Origin: a virus | Taxonomy: Duplodnaviria > Caudoviricetes | DNA: 52,071 nucleotides | Virus record (IMG/VR): IMGVR_UViG_3300030329_003799 | Span: 1-52,071 of that record | Strand: one strand, 5' to 3' | Shown: piece by piece, positions 1 through 6,826 of the stretch | Layout: every line of letters starts with the position of its first letter | Numbering within the stretch: the first letter of the stretch is position 1 | Position numbers and translations under genes: made by a program | Notes under the pieces: model-generated | Databases searched by the model: none | The model's input: only the letters and a program-made list of their open reading frames with translations | Told to the model about the DNA's origin: nothing

Positions 1-1
1 A

Positions 2-634
2 TTCAATAATTCCAAAACTTTTATTATAACCAAATAATTCTTCTTGTTCTTGGTTTTTCTTGGAATAATGCATTCTACCATATGATGTGCTATGCGTAAT
101 ACTCTTTATTTGACTGCATAGAGCTTTAACTTCTTTGTTAACTTTTTCATCAGGCATAAATTTAGGTGCATTTATAATATTTAATTCGATATCTTCATGT
201 GCTACTATCGGATCCCATACATTTATTCTAAATTTATACTCTTCTCTTAAGTTAACCACTAATGACATTGATATTTTCCCGTCAGAGAATTCATCAATAG
301 CCGTTAGATCTGTTCCACTCCAGAATGCTGCCATAGTATGATGTGAATGCCACCACAGAAACTGTAAGTCTCGTTTGTCTTTATGTTTCATTGCAGTTTT
401 CACATAATACTCTGCTAATGCTTCTTTGTCGAGTATTGTATTACCTCCTGATATCTCTTGCTTTAAGATTACAGGCTCTTCTATAATATATACATCATCA
501 TCATCTTCATCTTTTACTTTATGAACTATTGCCATACCACCTATTTCACATTTAAACTGATTATAAGCTGATGCAGCATAGTCTATAATTGTCTTCCAAT
601 TACTATGTTGTATATATATTTCTTTATTATCCAT
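2..634 (-). CDS. JAB/MPN+ (JAMM) metalloprotease, 3' end outside the window
   Basis: Manual translation from ATG 634 (overlaps the upstream ORF end, GGAGG SD): MDNKEIYIQHSNWKTIIDYAASAYNQFKCEIGGMAIV...QEISGGNT...FLWWHSHHTMAAFWSGTDLTAIDEF...SLVVN. It has the catalytic Glu (EIGG) and HxH-x7-S-x2-D. No stop before position 1. Not in the ORF track. Confidence 0.9.
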   Translation of the reverse strand, partial: MDNKEIYIQHSNWKTIIDYAASAYNQFKCEIGGMAIVHKVKDEDDDDVYIIEEPVILKQEISGGNTILDKEALAEYYVKTAMKHKDKRDLQFLWWHSHHTMAAFWSGTDLTAIDEFSDGKISMSLVVNLREEYKFRINVWDPIVAHEDIELNIINAPKFMPDEKVNKEVKALCSQIKSITHSTSYGRMHYSKKNQEQEELFGYNKSFGIIE

Positions 635-2075
635 TCAATCCTCCCCCTCGGGCTGTTTGTGCCCAAGCTTGCATTTGTTTAATAATAACCTTCTGTTCGT
701 CAGTTAATTCAGATTGTTCTAACTCTTGAGATTTTAGCTCTGCATAATATCGGCAATTATCTCTTAACTGACATTTAATTCCTTCACATACTTGTTTAAT
801 AGCACTATTTACTTCTTCTGTTGCTAATAAACCTTCGGGATCTACTGTTCTTGATATTCTATTAAAACAATGAGTAACATCTTGCCCTACTGAAGATACA
901 TAAAACTTATCATATCCTTTGGGCATCCCAAAATGAGAGTATTGTATTCTATTTAAAGGATTTGTATGGCCTACACTATATGATGTAGCCCATTTTTGAA
1001 AGTGTAATACTAACGATGCTATATCTAATCTTGCTGCACTCGTTGTCATTTCACTATCTAAATCTCCTAAACATACACCTCTCCATTCACCTGAGTTTCT
1101 TTCTCCTCTGCTTGATACATAGGGATGTGTAAAGCCATATTTACTTTCAATCATAGCTCTTCTATCTACAAGTTGTTTAACTCTTCTATTGTTGTAATGA
1201 TAACCGTAGGTTCCTGTAGGTACTATTTCATGCAATGGAGTTCCTTGCATTTTATTAAGAAGCCTATTAAGATTTACTTGAAACTGTAATGATAGTCCTT
1301 CAAATGGAATTTTAGCGACTTCTCTTTCATCACTATCAGTAACATTTATATTAAAATCTTTCATATATAATGTTATAGATATATAATGTTTATCAAAGAA
1401 ATTATAAAAATCTCCATATTCATCATCACATTGAGTATATTCTTTATAGTGTTCCCAATCTATTTGATGGACATAATCCCCATAATATTCATGAGCATCT
1501 TCTTCATATCTAGAGATATCTATATACAATTGTATTGGAAGAGTTTTAAATTTAGTTAATATTTGCAACTCTGCGTTTATTTTATCTCTGACTGTTTGTA
1601 ATGCATCTAATATTAATTGTGGATCTTCTAGCCAAACCATACCTTCAGCTCTTTTTTCTCTTAAATCATTATCCATGCGCACTATATCATCTTTTAAATT
1701 ATTGCGCCAATATCCATGGTCATTAATTTTATCAAATATTCTATGTACAGCACATGTAGGATTTTTGTCCCATCCAGCCCATTTCTTAAGTCTATGTGCT
1801 AATTGAGCCTTATATCCTGGTGACCATCTAAAGGTTTTAGTAAATTTCAAATCCATTCTATACCGTTGATTAATATGACCTAGCTTTTCTAATAATGGCC
1901 CTTGAGGCCCTATATGTATGTATTCTAGTAATTTATCAACATCTGGATTATATAAGTCTTTGAAATTATCCTCTACCTTTATTGCGTGTTCTTTTGGTTT
2001 TGGTTCGCTAAGAGAGAGGCCTAATTGCTCGACCTCTCTGAACACCTTAGCTTGTGACGGTGAACTACTGTCCAC
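627..2075 (-). CDS. Large protein with prokaryotic E2/UBC-like domain and C-terminal Cys cluster
   Basis: FTHPYVS...GVCLGD (H317, C335) matches the HP-x(n)-C signature of UBC-fold enzymes. Lies between Ubl and JAB genes. C-terminal C..CEGIKCQLRDNC. Confidence 0.7.
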   Translation of the reverse strand: MDSSSPSQAKVFREVEQLGLSLSEPKPKEHAIKVEDNFKDLYNPDVDKLLEYIHIGPQGPLLEKLGHINQRYRMDLKFTKTFRWSPGYKAQLAHRLKKWAGWDKNPTCAVHRIFDKINDHGYWRNNLKDDIVRMDNDLREKRAEGMVWLEDPQLILDALQTVRDKINAELQILTKFKTLPIQLYIDISRYEEDAHEYYGDYVHQIDWEHYKEYTQCDDEYGDFYNFFDKHYISITLYMKDFNINVTDSDEREVAKIPFEGLSLQFQVNLNRLLNKMQGTPLHEIVPTGTYGYHYNNRRVKQLVDRRAMIESKYGFTHPYVSSRGERNSGEWRGVCLGDLDSEMTTSAARLDIASLVLHFQKWATSYSVGHTNPLNRIQYSHFGMPKGYDKFYVSSVGQDVTHCFNRISRTVDPEGLLATEEVNSAIKQVCEGIKCQLRDNCRYYAELKSQELEQSELTDEQKVIIKQMQAWAQTARGGGLNG

Positions 2076-2271
2076 CTGTCTTATTGTTTGTAACTGTTGC
2101 TACAAAATCGCCATCACTTATAGGATCATTATCGCTAGCTATTGTACCATTAACATTTATTACTGCTGTTGATGGTAAAGATAACTCTGATCTAAGTGCA
2201 CTAACTGTTGCGCTATTAACGCTTGCATCACTAAATGATGCACTGTTATTCATTAACTTTATGGCTGCCAT
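2065..2271 (-). CDS. Ubiquitin-like (ThiS/MoaD beta-grasp) protein ending GG-Q
   Basis: 68 aa, TVSALR..L...AVINVNG......ISDGDFV pattern typical of beta-grasp Ubls. C-terminus KTGGQ. AAGGAG SD upstream. Confidence 0.85.
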   Translation of the reverse strand: MAAIKLMNNSASFSDASVNSATVSALRSELSLPSTAVINVNGTIASDNDPISDGDFVATVTNNKTGGQ

Positions 2272-2326
2272 TTATCATTCTCCTTATTTTAATGACTGGT
2301 TATAAAAAAAATCTGTATAATTTCGT

Positions 2327-2510
2327 TGCGAGAGAGACCACGCTTAAGCATCGTAGTCTATGTATCAAAACATATCACTGTGCTATTAACGAATGGTGAT
2401 TTTAGCCGTAACTCTCTCGCATTTCTGTTGAGATATTAGTAAATGCCACTAATCGACATCATCTCAACGGTTTATAGGGTCCATGGTTCATTACGGCAAC
2501 AACCTATAAA
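2327..2510. other. Three tandem stem-loops upstream of the Ubl operon
   Basis: TGCGAGAGAG 2327-2336/CTCTCTCGCA 2412-2421; GTTGAGAT 2427-2434/ATCTCAAC 2461-2468 with inner ATTAGT/ACTAAT; TTTATAGG 2471-2478/CCTATAAA 2503-2510. Confidence 0.7.
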
Positions 2511-2512
2511 TC

Positions 2513-2701
2513 TTAATCATAGTGAACTCTTGACTTTTTTTCAAAGCCTTTAGCTACCCTTTGGGCTTTTTTAATCAATTCATATTGATATTTTAAATGC
2601 CCACCTAACTTGTCATTGACATGTTGTTCTATTACATCGTCAATAAAATCAATTAACTCGTTAGCTGTCTTACTTTGCATCATTGTAGTATCTAACTTCA
2701 T
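2513..2701 (-). CDS. Hypothetical protein
   Basis: ORF track 2513..2716; GGAGG SD favours ATG 2701 (MKLDTT...). Confidence 0.6.
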   Translation of the reverse strand: MKLDTTMMQSKTANELIDFIDDVIEQHVNDKLGGHLKYQYELIKKAQRVAKGFEKKSRVHYD

Positions 2702-2723
2702 TGATGTTTCCTCCATTTAATAG

Positions 2724-2930
2724 TATATCAAAGAGTTTCGTGTAAGCCTCGCTGCAGTCTTTATCTTACCACTGTCCACCATACTCTCCGCCCACTCTTT
2801 GATATAATAGTTTGGAGCCAAGTTGAAGGGCTAGGACATCTTGGCTCCCGAGGTAAAAGAGTAGTGCATTGTTGTGTTGTGGGATTCACTACTCTGTCAC
2901 ATTACGACAACCAACTAGTGTGCTGGTCGT
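2724..2930. other. Four tandem stem-loops
   Basis: TATATCAAAGAGT 2724-2736/ACTCTTTGATATA 2794-2806; GGAGCCAAG 2814-2822/CTTGGCTCC 2840-2848; AGAGTAGTG 2858-2866/CACTACTCT 2887-2895; ACGAC 2904-2908/GTCGT 2926-2930. Confidence 0.75.
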
Positions 2931-2951
2931 CACAAATATATCGCCCCTCGT

Positions 2952-3176
2952 TTAGAATATATCGTATTTCTTCTTGCTTATAACTTTGTTCCTGATCTTT
3001 CGTAAATTTTCTATTTTATCGTATACTCTCATATATCTTTCCTCTAGGTCTTTTGACTCTTGTGAGCTATCTAATGGAGTAATATGATACAGTTGGCTCA
3101 TAATACGCTCCATTTCGTCAAAAAGTTGTAATAATAGTGTTCCTGTCCTACTTTTAAGGAGTTTTTGATCATACAT
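2952..3176 (-). CDS. Hypothetical helical protein
   Basis: 74-aa ORF with AGGAGG SD, overlaps upstream gene end. Confidence 0.65.
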   Translation of the reverse strand: MYDQKLLKSRTGTLLLQLFDEMERIMSQLYHITPLDSSQESKDLEERYMRVYDKIENLRKIRNKVISKKKYDIF

Positions 3177-3435
3177 CTATCCCCTCCTTATTATAAATCT
3201 TCTTTGGTAATTCAGGAGAGTTTAATGCTGGTTGTGTATACCACAATGATATGAGATAGGTCTTATTCTTCTTTTTGAAGAATGAAGGTGGTGTGTCAGG
3301 ATAGCTATGTTGAGCCCATTTAACTAGCTCGTGTCTATTATCATAAGGACATAGAATAGTCCTTGTAGTTTTTGATTTTAGACCAATAACTATACCTAAT
3401 GTGTAGAATATTACAGCTATAATTAAATATGCCAT
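3169..3435 (-). CDS. Small membrane-anchored protein
   Basis: N-terminal hydrophobic helix AYLIIAVIFYTLGIVIGL; AGGAGG SD. Confidence 0.7.
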   Translation of the reverse strand: MAYLIIAVIFYTLGIVIGLKSKTTRTILCPYDNRHELVKWAQHSYPDTPPSFFKKKNKTYLISLWYTQPALNSPELPKKIYNKEGIDV

Positions 3436-3484
3436 AAACCCTCCTGTATTTATTGATAGTGTTTTAAAAAATTAAGGGCTTGTC

Positions 3485-3797
3485 CCAAGGGGAATCACCC
3501 CCTTGGAAACTAGTTTGTGTATAGATACTCTTCGTACAATAGCTGCTATCGCAACATAACTCATAATAGTTTCGCGGACTATTACATCGTTATAGAACTG
3601 TCGTTCATTATCATACCTATGCCAAGTTACACGCCCTTGTAGCACAGATGAAGAGGGCCTAAATGATTTCTCATTTATATGTTGCCTAGCCACCACTTAT
3701 AACTCTTGTCTTTCAGTCACTATTCAGTGATCCTGTGGAGTATCCTCCAATAAGTGTCGATGATGCCTTAGGATAAAGCATTTGTACATCGTTGACA
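3485..3797. other. Intergenic hairpin cluster
   Basis: CCAAGGGG 3485-3492/CCCCTTGG 3499-3506; TCACT/AGTGA 3717-3730; TGGAG/CTCCA 3736-3749; TGTCGATGATG 3755-3765/CATCGTTGACA 3787-3797. Confidence 0.55.
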
Positions 3798-3854
3798 ATT
3801 TAAAATACATTAATACTAGTGCGCACTAATATCGCTGTATTTACCCTTAAATAT

Positions 3855-4039
3855 AATAGAGACAGATAATCTCGAGTTGCTAGAATATGCATCTATTTAT
3901 CCCGATGCAGGAATAAGTAACAGTCAGTTAACTCTGTTACCCTTGAACTCTTACTAGCTTTCGCTTTCGCTATTCACTTTCTGTGGTTCTTCACCTAATG
4001 GCTACCTATATTCATTCTATATGCATATCTGTCTCTATT
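3855..4039. ncRNA. Candidate structured RNA or ssDNA element (multibranch, 14-bp closing stem)
   Basis: AATAGAGACAGATA 3855-3868 pairs perfectly with TATCTGTCTCTATT 4026-4039; inner arms TAGAAT/ATTCTA, TGCATC/GATGCA, GTAACAG/CTGTTAC. No family recognised. Confidence 0.45.
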
Positions 4040-4112
4040 TAAATCTTGTTATGAGTGTATTCTGTTGCCAGGCTCACTCGCACCCCGAATCCTATTCAAT
4101 AAACTTGCAATG

Positions 4113-4253
4113 CTAAGCCATTCCGAAGAAGTGCTGTCTTGCTCGTTCAATAGCCATTGGCAAACTATCTGCAACAACTTCGATAGTCTCAACGCTATTA
4201 TCCCTTGCGAAGACATAAGCATTGGCTGTAGTACAGTAACCAATGTATCTCAT
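4113..4253 (-). CDS. Small hypothetical protein (46 aa)
   Basis: GGGAGG SD before ATG 4253 inside track ORF 4113..4310. Confidence 0.55.
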   Translation of the reverse strand: MRYIGYCTTANAYVFARDNSVETIEVVADSLPMAIERARQHFFGMA

Positions 4254-4343
4254 ATCTAACCTCCCACTAATTGTTCTAATTGTCTTATTATGTGTAATAC
4301 GCGCGCGCAATAATAGATTACTACGCGCTGTATCAATTCACTA

Positions 4344-4373
4344 GCAAAACGAAGGATCATAAGATCCCTCGTT
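4344..4373 (-). terminator. Probable intrinsic terminator after the 118-aa gene
   Basis: Minus strand AACGAGGGATC-TTAT-GATCCTTCGTT then TTGC, 10 nt after the stop codon; short U tract. Confidence 0.5.
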
Positions 4374-4383
4374 GTGATCAGAG

Positions 4384-4740
4384 CTACTCGACGAACGTGG
4401 CCGCAGGCCTGTACGTCGCTGAGGTAGCCGTAGGCATTTCCTCAGTAGCCTCGTACTCATTGACACTATCTTGTACAAGATGGTAGTCGGTAGAGTCGGC
4501 TAGTTGCAAAGAGGGCTTGGCCTCTTTCCACTTGGCTACTCTAGCTGAGTTCAGAGTGCTTGGTAGCTCGAACTTATCCGTAGTGCCTACGAAGGTTACG
4601 AGTAAGGACTTGGTGTAGATTGGTTTGTTATCTTCACCACGTTCGAACTCGAACCTTTGGGTTCTACGGTTGTAGCTACCTTTAGCAGTGTTCATACACT
4701 TAATGTTATCGTAATGTTTGTCTTTTGACATTTCGCTCAC
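4384..4740 (-). CDS. Hypothetical protein, first gene of the leftward arm
   Basis: 118-aa ORF, visibly GC-richer than neighbours, bounded by hairpins upstream and a terminator downstream. Confidence 0.7.
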   Translation of the reverse strand: MSEMSKDKHYDNIKCMNTAKGSYNRRTQRFEFERGEDNKPIYTKSLLVTFVGTTDKFELPSTLNSARVAKWKEAKPSLQLADSTDYHLVQDSVNEYEATEEMPTATSATYRPAATFVE

Positions 4741-4746
4741 TTTCAG

Positions 4747-4945
4747 TGTTGGATACTGTGTACCTATAGCGTTGTACTATAGGTAGAGGTTGCTCCAACA
4801 AACAGCCTCCAAAGCGAGAGGTGGAAGGTGAGCTCACCCTCAGGCTAGGGCCTGAGCTGGTGAGCGAACTTAATTAAACCATCCCTACTCCTGGAATCAA
4901 CTGGCAGAGGCACCCCACTGCCGTTAATTCCGAGGGGGATGGGTT
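4747..4945. promoter_or_regulatory. GC-rich triple-hairpin element at the divergence point of the two arms
   Basis: TGTTGGA/TCCAACA with inner TACCTATAG/CTATAGGTA (4747-4800); GCTCACC-CTCAGGC-TAGG-GCCTGAG-CT-GGTGAGC (4832-4865); CCATCCC/GGGATGG with inner GGAAT/ATTCC and GGCAG/CTGCC (4877-4945). Confidence 0.55.
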
Positions 4946-5019
4946 AGTGTATATCACGTTCAAAGAATCTACGTAAAATTTTTTAAAATTTAATTTTTTT
5001 TAATTTGGAAAGAAAAGTC

Positions 5020-5047
5020 TTGCATATTAAATTAAATGGGTTATTTT
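5020..5047 (+). promoter_or_regulatory. Possible sigma70-type promoter for the rightward arm
   Basis: TTGCAT-16 nt-TATTTT preceded by an A/T tract; weak in AT-rich DNA. Confidence 0.35.
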
Positions 5048-5115
5048 TAATAAAGACTAGTATAGAAGACTATTATCTAGTTACTTTCACTATAAGGGTT
5101 TAAAAAAGACTAATA

Positions 5116-5268
5116 ATGAAGGATAGAGAGAATATTCTAGAGAGAAGGTACTTAAGACATAGGAATGGTAAATTCCCTCATGATAAGTATATAGCTAGGA
5201 ATGCATTGTCTCTATTAAACATCATAAGAAAGAAAAAAGGACAGCTAAATGAAAAAGAAAATAGCTAA
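5116..5268 (+). CDS. Small basic hypothetical protein (50 aa)
   Basis: Manual translation MKDRENILERRYLRHRNGKFPHDKYIARNALSLLNIIRKKKGQLNEKENS; below ORF-track cutoff. Confidence 0.45.
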   Translation: MKDRENILERRYLRHRNGKFPHDKYIARNALSLLNIIRKKKGQLNEKENS

Positions 5269-5401
5269 GGCTAAGAATCAAAGGTTTCCTCAAACAGGAA
5301 AGATAGTTACTGATTTCTTAGGTCGTTACACAAAAAAGAAGCCTTTTACATTATCAAAAGACTTGAAACAAGATTTTATCTTTAAGAAGGTCAAGAAGTG
5401 A
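5249..5401 (+). CDS. Small basic hypothetical protein (50 aa)
   Basis: MKKKIAKAKNQRFPQTGKIVTDFLGRYTKKK...; AAGGA SD, GTGA overlap with next gene. Confidence 0.55.
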   Translation: MKKKIAKAKNQRFPQTGKIVTDFLGRYTKKKPFTLSKDLKQDFIFKKVKK

Positions 5402-5676
5402 TAGGTGGTAAGTTATTAACCAAGGTTCTTATAAATCAGCTAGCTAAGCACTTTAAAATAGCTAAGCTAACCAAAGACCTTGCTAAGGCAAAAAAGTACG
5501 TAGAAGAGCCCAATGAGTGCGATTTAAAGGTATCTGAGAATTCAGGTGACATTGTGGTTTTAAAGAAATTAGTAGATTTAAATACTAAAGATATAAAAGA
5601 GTTAAAAAAGAACTCACATGCTCCTAAGGACTTTATATGTATGGATTGTGGGTGTAAAGCTAAGAGGAAGAAATAA
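5398..5676 (+). CDS. Hypothetical coiled-coil protein upstream of endolysin
   Basis: 92 aa, translationally coupled on both sides, C-terminal CxxC. Confidence 0.65.
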   Translation: MIGGKLLTKVLINQLAKHFKIAKLTKDLAKAKKYVEEPNECDLKVSENSGDIVVLKKLVDLNTKDIKELKKNSHAPKDFICMDCGCKAKRKK

Positions 5677-6065
5677 TGGCTAAATTCGGATCTAGAAGCA
5701 GGAAACAATTAGCAACCTGCCATGAGGACTTACAAAAAGTCTTCAATGAAGTAATAAAGACAGTAGATTGCTCTGTACTAGAAGGGCACAGAGATGAAAG
5801 AACACAAGACAAGTATTTCAAAGAGGGAAAGACTAAAGTCCGTTACCCAATGGGTAGGCATAATTCTAAGCCTAGTCGCGCTGTTGATGTCGTGCCTTAC
5901 CCTATTGACTGGAAAGATAGAGAACGTTTCCACCTTTTTGGTGGGTTCGTCCTTGGGGTGGCTAATAGGATGGGTATTTCTCTTCGCTGGGGAGGAGACT
6001 GGAATGGGAACTTCCGAGTAGATGATAACAATTTTGACGATTTACCACACTTCGAACTAAAGTAA
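5676..6065 (+). CDS. Endolysin, peptidase M15C (L-Ala-D-Glu endopeptidase) family
   Basis: EGHR..Q, H-x7-D (HNSKPSRAVD), RWGGDW, DLPHFEL zinc-peptidase motifs. Confidence 0.9.
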   Translation: MAKFGSRSRKQLATCHEDLQKVFNEVIKTVDCSVLEGHRDERTQDKYFKEGKTKVRYPMGRHNSKPSRAVDVVPYPIDWKDRERFHLFGGFVLGVANRMGISLRWGGDWNGNFRVDDNNFDDLPHFELK

Positions 6066-6826
6066 TGTATCAAATAACTATACGCCATAAAGGTAAAGGC
6101 GTTAGACAATATAACATTTTTACTGAAGATGAGGCAAAGAAAGAAGGAATTGAATATAAATACTGGAAAGAAGCAGAGATCGGCGACTACGCCGTTAGCG
6201 ACGATGGGTATGTTGCTATGGTTATCCAGAAAAAGAAGTACCCTGGAGCCAACAAGAATAGCAATACTTATATCCGTCTACCTTGGGGCTATGCCTTTTA
6301 TTCTGATAAGTATCCTAGCAAGAAGTTTAAAGCGGCTGGTAGGCGCAGTAATGGGACTTTTTCGGGCAAAACACAATTAGAAGTAAGAGCAGGGCAGGAT
6401 AACATGAGAAACCTTGCTACAGCTTATTCTATACATATGAACTATGACCTTGCAATAGACATGGTTTTTGACTCTACTACTCCTCAAGAGAGGAGAAAGT
6501 GGAAGAGATCAATGAAAACGGAGGTATTTCGTAAAATGATAAGAGAAGAACTGCAAAAACTATTACATGATAAAGGATATACAGAGTCTGATGTAATAGA
6601 TATGCTAACAAAAGGCCTTACAATGGCTCAAGATAAAGGTGATATATCTAATTACCTTAAAGTAGTAGAAAATATACAGGATATGTTAGGTATGAAAGAG
6701 AAACCTATACAAAAAACTACTCAAAAACTAGAGGCATACTCTACTAGAAATCTATTAGATGAGATTGCAAAGGAAGAAAAGACATTAGTAGCTGAAAAAG
6801 TAGAGATAAAAGAGAATGCTAAGTGA
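6065..6826 (+). CDS. Probable terminase small subunit with N-terminal extension
   Basis: Immediately upstream of and overlapping TerL; helical C-terminal half like TerS oligomerisation regions. Mostly positional. Confidence 0.5.
   Translation: MYQITIRHKGKGVRQYNIFTEDEAKKEGIEYKYWKEAEIGDYAVSDDGYVAMVIQKKKYPGANKNSNTYIRLPWGYAFYSDKYPSKKFKAAGRRSNGTFSGKTQLEVRAGQDNMRNLATAYSIHMNYDLAIDMVFDSTTPQERRKWKRSMKTEVFRKMIREELQKLLHDKGYTESDVIDMLTKGLTMAQDKGDISNYLKVVENIQDMLGMKEKPIQKTTQKLEAYSTRNLLDEIAKEEKTLVAEKVEIKENAK

Noticed and set aside
135-341. Plus-strand 68-aa ORF and similar short antisense ORFs across the window (e.g. 1918, 2054, 9680, 9956, 40210, 46123)
   Set aside because: Shadows of well-supported genes on the opposite strand; no SD or motifs.
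493-512. CAT trinucleotide repeat
   Set aside because: Encodes an acidic loop (DEDDDD) in the JAB protein.
3472-3696. 74-aa minus-strand ORF
   Set aside because: GTG start without a clear SD, overlaps a hairpin, no recognisable features; left uncalled.
2327-4945. CRISPR array, tRNA or known riboswitch among the hairpins
   Set aside because: Stems are unrelated in sequence, there are no regularly spaced direct repeats, and no T-loop/anticodon cloverleaf or known aptamer consensus was recognised.
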